Shown here in pieces: positions 27,298 to 32,000 of a DNA stretch of 32,000 nucleotides. The DNA comes from Candidatus Methanoperedens sp. (GTDB lineage Archaea; Halobacteriota; Methanosarcinia; Methanosarcinales; Methanoperedenaceae). Numbering within the stretch: position 1 is the first letter of the stretch; the number at the start of each line of letters is the position of its first letter. The position numbers and the translations under genes were made by a program. The notes under the pieces are model-generated. The model was not told the DNA's origin. It was given only the letters and a program-made list of their open reading frames with translations, and searched no databases. The stretch is taken from assembly GCA_041494705.1 (NCBI GenBank), contig JBGQBI010000004.1:1-32000 (forward strand), read 5' to 3'.

Positions 27298-27573
27298 ATA
27301 CACAAGGAAGAATTGATTCAGCTACATACACTGATGGTGCAAATGAAGAAGTTTTTTGAGGAAAACGGAAAAGGCGAATTTTCCCATTACCAGTCTCTCC
27401 AGATAAGCCCCATACATGTGCATCGCAGCAAAGCCGAACACAAACACGCAATATTCATCCTCGGTAAAGAAATTGCATCAATAATGGCACACGATGAATT
27501 CTCAGGAGCCGGAAGGACTTCGGTACGGATGCAGGAACTGGCGACCCGTGCCGGGGAAGAAATGTTGCACTAA
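27298..27573 (+). CDS. UPF0058-like small archaeal protein. The start is proposed at the ATA at 27298; the first canonical start codon is the TTG at 27313.
   Basis: The frame is open from 27250. AGGAGG (27285-27290) lies 7 nt before the ATA. The encoded (M/I)HKEELIQLHTLMVQMKKFFEENG matches my recollection of UPF0058 N-termini. Confidence 0.5.
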   Translation: MHKEELIQLHTLMVQMKKFFEENGKGEFSHYQSLQISPIHVHRSKAEHKHAIFILGKEIASIMAHDEFSGAGRTSVRMQELATRAGEEMLH

Positions 27574-27643
27574 AAACGTCTTTTTTCTTTTTTCCCAGAA
27601 CATTTCGAAGCATATATTAGGTACTACAGTAAAAAGTGATTTG

Positions 27644-27689
27644 TTTGATGACCCTTTTTAAAATGAGGAATTCTTTTGGGTTCATCAAA
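27644..27689 (+). promoter_or_regulatory. Stem-loop in the ftr leader immediately upstream of its Shine-Dalgarno box
   Basis: tttgatgaccc (27644-27654) pairs with gggttcatcaaa (27678-27689), giving 11 bp with one bulge and a 23-nt loop. GAGGG and the ATG follow within 15 nt. Confidence 0.3.
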
Positions 27690-27703
27690 GCGAGGGATAT
27701 TCA

Positions 27704-28597
27704 ATGGAACTCAATGGAGTAGAGATAGAAGATACATTCGCGGAAGCATTTCCGATAAAAATAGCAAGAGTATTGATTACAGGAGCCTCCAAGAAATGGG
27801 CTCTGGTTGCAGCACAGGAGGCAACTGGTTTTGGGACTTCTGTTATAATGTGCCCGGCAGAGGCAGGCGTTGAAAAAGTAGTTAACGGTGATGAGACCCC
27901 TGACGGAAGACCTGGCGCGTACATCCAGATTTGTACGTTTGGTTTCAAGGCACTGGAAGAACAGTTGTTAAAACGCCTCGGGCAGTGTGTCCTGACAGCG
28001 CCAACCGCAGCTATGTGGAACGGGCTTCCCGGAACTGAGAAACAATTCGATACGGGATTTAAGCTCAAGTTCTTCGGAGACGGGTTTGAATCCGAGACAA
28101 ATATCGGTGGAAGAAAAGCGTATAAGATACCAATGATGCAGGGGGATTTCGTTGCCGAGCATAACATTGGTGCGCAGGACGGCATTGCGGGTGGGAATTT
28201 CTTCATAATGGCAGATAACCAGATGGCTGCGCTTGCAGCGGCCGAGAATGCTGTGGAATCAATAGCCCAGCAGGACGGGACAATCACTCCTTTCCCTGGC
28301 GGAATAGTGGCAAGCGGCTCGAAAGTGGGCTTTACAAATTATAAATTCATGAAGGCAACCACTAACGAGAAGTACTGCCCTTCAATCAAAGCCAAAATCA
28401 AAGATACGAAAGTGCCCGCAGATGTGAATGCCATATACGAAATCGTGATTAACGGCTTGAGTGTGGAAGCTATCAGCAAATCCATGAAAGCCGGAATAGA
28501 AGCGGCAGTGAAAATCCCGGGTGTTAAAAAGATAAGCGCTGGTAACTATGGCGGCACCCTTGGGCCATACAAGTTCAACCTTAAAGAGCTTTTTTAA
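27704..28597 (+). CDS. ftr: Formylmethanofuran--tetrahydromethanopterin N-formyltransferase
   Basis: 297 aa. MELNGVEIEDTFAEAFPIKIARVLITG...ATGFGTSVIMCPAEAG...ETPDGRPG...LGQCVLTAPT closely matches remembered Methanosarcina Ftr sequences. Confidence 0.96.
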   Translation: MELNGVEIEDTFAEAFPIKIARVLITGASKKWALVAAQEATGFGTSVIMCPAEAGVEKVVNGDETPDGRPGAYIQICTFGFKALEEQLLKRLGQCVLTAPTAAMWNGLPGTEKQFDTGFKLKFFGDGFESETNIGGRKAYKIPMMQGDFVAEHNIGAQDGIAGGNFFIMADNQMAALAAAENAVESIAQQDGTITPFPGGIVASGSKVGFTNYKFMKATTNEKYCPSIKAKIKDTKVPADVNAIYEIVINGLSVEAISKSMKAGIEAAVKIPGVKKISAGNYGGTLGPYKFNLKELF

Positions 28598-28603
28598 AAA
28601 AAT

Positions 28604-28632
28604 AGGGGTTAATCCCCTTTTTATTTTTATTG
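28604..28632 (+). terminator. Hairpin plus oligo-T tract after ftr
   Basis: agggg-ttaat-cccct (28604-28618) is followed by ttttatttttatt. Confidence 0.5.
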
Positions 28633-28701
28633 TATTCTTTGACTGCCAAATTTGAAAAAAGTCTTATATCAAAAAAGATATTCATTTAGTGGTGAGTTAT
28701 T

Positions 28702-29277
28702 TTGAAAGACATAGTTGAAGTAATCAAAACAAGACGCTGTGTACGTGAATATAAGGAAGACCAGATTCCCGACGAGGAGATTAAATTCCTCATCGATTGC
28801 GCAAGATATGCCCCGTCCGGTTTCAATATGCAGCCGTGGAGTTTTTTGGTGATAAAAAATAAAGATGTAATGCGGAAAATCTCAGAGCACGGTAAGAAAT
28901 CCATGATTCCCTTACTTGAGCCTGTCAAAAATACATCAAAGAAAGCCGCGGATTTCCTTGTCTATCTCAAGACAAAGGGCACGGATATGTTCTATAACGC
29001 ACCTTTGCTTATCATTATTCTCGCGAATAAAAATGCAATGACAGCCGACTGGGACTGTGCGATGGCAGCACAGAACATGATGCTTGCGGCGCATTCAAAA
29101 GGCATCGGAAGCTGCTGGATAGGAGGCGTGCTTCCTGCGCTCATGGATGAAGGGTTTTTGAAAGAATTTGGCGCGCCCGATGGCTATAAAGCCGTGGCGC
29201 CGTTGATATTCGGGTATCCGAAGGGTAAGACCGAGGCGCCGGGGAGAAGCGAGCCTGAAATTATCTGGATAAAGTAA
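28702..29277 (+). CDS. Nitroreductase-family flavoprotein
   Basis: 191 aa with a TTG start (in-frame TGA at 28693). Motifs are RRCVREYKEDQIPDEEIKFLIDCARYAPSGFNMQPWSFLVI and GIGSCWIGG. Confidence 0.85.
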   Translation: MKDIVEVIKTRRCVREYKEDQIPDEEIKFLIDCARYAPSGFNMQPWSFLVIKNKDVMRKISEHGKKSMIPLLEPVKNTSKKAADFLVYLKTKGTDMFYNAPLLIIILANKNAMTADWDCAMAAQNMMLAAHSKGIGSCWIGGVLPALMDEGFLKEFGAPDGYKAVAPLIFGYPKGKTEAPGRSEPEIIWIK

Positions 29278-29283
29278 AGCTTT

Positions 29284-29309
29284 CACCGCAAAGGCGCTAA
29301 GTACGCGAA
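29284..29309. repeat. Solo arm of the CGCAAAG palindrome family
   Basis: caccgcaaaggcgctaagtacgcgaa begins 7 nt after the nitroreductase stop and matches the arms at 3830-3858 and 4488-4515. I found no inverted partner nearby. Confidence 0.4.
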
Positions 29310-29366
29310 CTGTTCACAAGAATATGTTTGGAAAATCTCAACCATAAAAGTAATGAGTGATAAACC

Positions 29367-30029
29367 ATGGAGAAAATCACATTCAGGACAAAAGACGGCG
29401 TTCTGATAGCAGGGAATTATTTCAAACCGCAAAAAGAGAATTCACCGGTTTTTCTCCTGCTGCATATGATGCCTGCGGCCAAAGAAAGCTGGAACACCTT
29501 TGCGCTGCGTCTTTCGGAACATGGTTTTGCCTGTCTTGCAATCGATTTGCGGGGGCATGGCGAGAGTGTCGATAAAAACGGGAAAAGAATTGACTACAAA
29601 GAATTCAGCGACGCCGAACACAGGGGTTCCATGAATGATATAGAGTCGGCAAAAGAATTCCTTGCAGGGCAAAAAGACGTGGATATTTCAAGATTCGCAA
29701 TTGCAGGCGCAAGCGTCGGGGCAAACCTTGCTCTCTGGCAGGCGTCTATGGATAAGGATGTCAGGCTCCTTGTGCTTTTATCAGCAGGTCTTAACTACAG
29801 GGGAATACAGGCGCCGGAACTTGCTCCAAAATATTCTGGTCCTGTCTATATTCTTGCAAGCGAGGGCGATACCTATGCCGCAGCGAGCAGCAGGCAATTA
29901 TATGACATATTTCCCGGTGATAAAAGACTTAATATAATAAATGGCAAATTGCATGGTACAAACATGTTCGACGCAATGCCAGAACTTATTGAAGAAATGC
30001 TTGAATGGATAACTGCAAGGATGAAATAA
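29367..30029 (+). CDS. Alpha/beta hydrolase (dienelactone hydrolase / prolyl oligopeptidase-like)
   Basis: 220 aa with the nucleophile elbow GASVGAN (GxSxG), a HGES region after strand 3 and a late LHGTNMF His. Confidence 0.78.
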   Translation: MEKITFRTKDGVLIAGNYFKPQKENSPVFLLLHMMPAAKESWNTFALRLSEHGFACLAIDLRGHGESVDKNGKRIDYKEFSDAEHRGSMNDIESAKEFLAGQKDVDISRFAIAGASVGANLALWQASMDKDVRLLVLLSAGLNYRGIQAPELAPKYSGPVYILASEGDTYAAASSRQLYDIFPGDKRLNIINGKLHGTNMFDAMPELIEEMLEWITARMK

Positions 30030-30042
30030 TACTGCTGTTTTA

Positions 30043-30247
30043 AAAGCGACACCTCGCTTTACCCGGTGTCCACGTAAACCGATACCCCGGTTTACGTGGT
30101 GTTCAGGTATGCTTTGCATACCTGTCGTTTGATAAACCTTTCTTAAAGGTTTACGTATGGCAAAGCCATACGTGTTGTCTTTAATAAACTTTTCTAAAAG
30201 TTTAGCGACACCTCGCTTTATGCGGTCTGGGGGTATGGCGCATACCC
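30043..30247. repeat. Array of eight back-to-back short perfect hairpins (REP/BIME-like mosaic)
   Basis: aaagcga-cacc-tcgcttt (30043-30060); ccacgtaaaccg-ataccc-cggtttacgtgg (30070-30099); caggtatgc-ttt-gcatacctg (30104-30124); aaaccttt-ctt-aaaggttt (30134-30152); acgtatggc-aaa-gccatacgt (30153-30173); aaactttt-ct-aaaagttt (30186-30203); agcga-cacc-tcgct (30204-30217); gggtatg-gcg-cataccc (30231-30247). Confidence 0.72.
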
Positions 30248-30413
30248 TATCGTTTATTTTATATTCACATGCTCAATATAAGTATAACAACATTACTATC
30301 ATAAAGTCTATATATAATAATTATCAATAAAGTTATAAACTTATAATGAGTATATTTGTAAAAAACAGCAAAAACGGGCAAGCTTCCGTATTAACCAGGT
30401 CGAAGGATAAAAC

Positions 30414-31202
30414 ATGACAGTTCGGGTATATACCATAGCCTCAGGAAAAGGCGGAACCGGCAAAACCACCACGACTTTGAACCTTGGCACTGCTCTTGCA
30501 ATGCTTGGTAAAAAAACGGTAATCATAGACGCTGACATAGGTATGGCAAATCTCGGGCTAATGCTCGGGCTTGAAAAAAACAAGGTAACGCTGCATGAAG
30601 TATTAAGCGGCGAAGCGGAAATAAAAGATGCTACTTATTCCGGCCCTTCCGGTCTTCTGGTAGTGCCGAGCGGTTTGACTTTAAAAGGATTCCAGAAAGC
30701 GAACCCTGACAGGTTAAAAAAGGTTGTTTCAAGCCTTACGGACGGAATGGATTATGTATTGATAGACGCTCCCGCAGGTATAAGCAAGGATGGTTTAATC
30801 CCGCTTACCATTGCTGACAGGATTCTTCTTGTGGTCAATCCCGAACTTTCCTCGATGGCGGATGCCTTAAAGATAAAAACACTGGCTGAACTTCTTGGCA
30901 AGTCTGTCGAAGGTGTAATCCTGAACCGCGCCGAGCTTGATAAAACTGAAATCAGCCGCAATAAGGTTAGCGAACTTTTAGGTCTGGGAGTCCTTGAAAT
31001 GATACCTGAGGATGTAAATGTCAGGCGTTCTGCAGCATTCAAGACGCCTGTTGTGGTGAGGAACCCCAAATCTCCGGCATCGATTGCCTTTAAAAGGCTT
31101 GCGGCAAAGATATCCGGTGAGACATTCACGGAATCGGGGGATAAAGGCAAAAAAGAAGGTTTTGTTGACCGCCTTACAAAGACAATCTTCGGAGGGAAAT
31201 AG
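30414..31202 (+). CDS. minD: MinD/ParA-family P-loop ATPase (archaeal MinD type)
   Basis: 262 aa with the deviant Walker A ASGKGGTGKTTTTLNLG and Walker B YVLIDAPAG. Confidence 0.9.
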   Translation: MTVRVYTIASGKGGTGKTTTTLNLGTALAMLGKKTVIIDADIGMANLGLMLGLEKNKVTLHEVLSGEAEIKDATYSGPSGLLVVPSGLTLKGFQKANPDRLKKVVSSLTDGMDYVLIDAPAGISKDGLIPLTIADRILLVVNPELSSMADALKIKTLAELLGKSVEGVILNRAELDKTEISRNKVSELLGLGVLEMIPEDVNVRRSAAFKTPVVVRNPKSPASIAFKRLAAKISGETFTESGDKGKKEGFVDRLTKTIFGGK

Positions 31203-31210
31203 AAGATACT

Positions 31211-32000
31211 ATGAATGAACTACGCGAAAAAGTGCGCGGATTCATAGCTGAATTTGCAAACCCGGATGAAAAGGATATCCAGAAATTCATAAGCGATTTA
31301 GCTTTGCAAAACCCATCTCTTGATTCTGAAAATTTTAAGAAGAACCTGGCAAAGCTTGTTAAAAATGCAAAGGAACTGGCGGCTTATGAAAAGGAATATT
31401 CTTTATTGGATGCGAAATCGCCCGGGAATACGGAACTTGCAGAGGTTTTAAAAGAAGCAAGGACGGGGCAGGAAAACCTGGAAGATATTTCAGATGAATT
31501 GAAAACCGCAAAAAAAATCTTAAAATCGGGAGGCTCAGGGAAAACCAGGAAAAAACCAGCCGGAGAGGGCAAGGAAAAATCCACAACAGAAAAGGGCGGC
31601 GCGGTATTAACCGGACAAGAGAAAGAACCGCTAGAATTAGAAGAGCCTGCCGGGAAAATTGAGCCGGGTGAAGAGGGAGACAAAACTGTAAAAAAGAAGG
31701 GCAAAAGAAAAGAGATAAAACAGGAAGCAAAACCGGAAAAAGAGAGGCTGCCGGAAGAAGTGGAAAGCCTGATGCACCACCTTGATTCTGATGCGACAAA
31801 GGATATTATCAAAGAAAAGATGACACCGGAAAAGCATGCCGCTTTTGAACATCTTGAAGAAAAATTACTGTCAGATGTCGAAACCGGCATAAAGAAGCTG
31901 AAAGATGTCCCGTTTGAAAAATCGCATGAATCTATATTAGACCGGTTAAAATCCTATTTAACAAAAGAAGCGGAAGAAATAGAGGCATACCAGCAGTCGC
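31211..32000 (+). CDS. Lys/Glu-rich protein of unknown function, 5' partial (runs off the window)
   Basis: It is not in the ORF track because no stop is reached. My translation from the ATG at 31211 gives 263 stop-free codons (MNELREKVRGFIAEFANPDEKDIQKF...KEAEEIEAYQQS). The ATG lies 8 nt after the minD-like stop. Confidence 0.6.
   Translation, partial: MNELREKVRGFIAEFANPDEKDIQKFISDLALQNPSLDSENFKKNLAKLVKNAKELAAYEKEYSLLDAKSPGNTELAEVLKEARTGQENLEDISDELKTAKKILKSGGSGKTRKKPAGEGKEKSTTEKGGAVLTGQEKEPLELEEPAGKIEPGEEGDKTVKKKGKRKEIKQEAKPEKERLPEEVESLMHHLDSDATKDIIKEKMTPEKHAAFEHLEEKLLSDVETGIKKLKDVPFEKSHESILDRLKSYLTKEAEEIEAYQQS

Noticed and set aside
27685-28287. 200-aa minus-strand ORF overlapping ftr
   Set aside because: It is antisense to a confidently identified Ftr gene and has no RBS or recognisable motif.
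1-30247. Idea that the two hairpin arrays (10-111 and 30043-30247) are the termini of a 30-kb mobile element
   Set aside because: The interior is core housekeeping (thermosome, mevalonate operon, pyrC, topA, ftr) with no integrase, transposase or conjugation genes. The arrays are mosaics rather than matching terminal repeats.
31359-31890. 146-aa and 168-aa minus-strand ORFs near the window end
   Set aside because: They are antisense to the stop-free + strand Lys/Glu-rich ORF that follows the minD-like gene. Their Ser/Phe/Leu-rich translations are the complement of AAG/GAA-rich coding.

Overview
This window is a chromosomal segment of a methanogenic or methanotrophic euryarchaeon. The formylmethanofuran:H4MPT formyltransferase (Ftr) looks Methanosarcinales-like, and the window also holds a thermosome, the archaeal HMG-CoA synthase/thiolase/DUF35 operon, a type IA topoisomerase and an archaeal MinD. 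I support about 32 protein genes, mostly housekeeping or cofactor-related (pyrC, LeuC/HacA-type dehydratase, ATP-grasp ligase, PDO-like thioredoxin-fold protein, nitroreductase, PNPOx-like proteins). There are four minus-strand tRNA genes: Gly-TCC, CAT, Asn-GTT and Cys-GCA. I saw no rRNA, CRISPR array, transposase or integrase. Three things are not explained by ordinary gene content. (1) Several intergenic regions carry structured palindromic elements. Two are mosaic arrays of back-to-back short perfect hairpins (10-111 and 30043-30247) that share modules. Three sequence-unrelated palindrome families (CGCAAAG, CACAGAG, ACAGGAT) all have arms built from 2-3 direct heptamers at an 8-9 nt period. 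(2) A solitary HEPN-motif (RNxxAH) gene sits in a lower-GC islet against the 3' end of tRNA-Gly and splits a LutB-like/LarA-like gene pair. (3) Two genes have conserved-looking N-termini that lie upstream of any ATG/GTG/TTG codon, one with a strong Shine-Dalgarno box correctly spaced from an ATA codon. Functional calls rest on motif recognition by eye and none was confirmed by a search.
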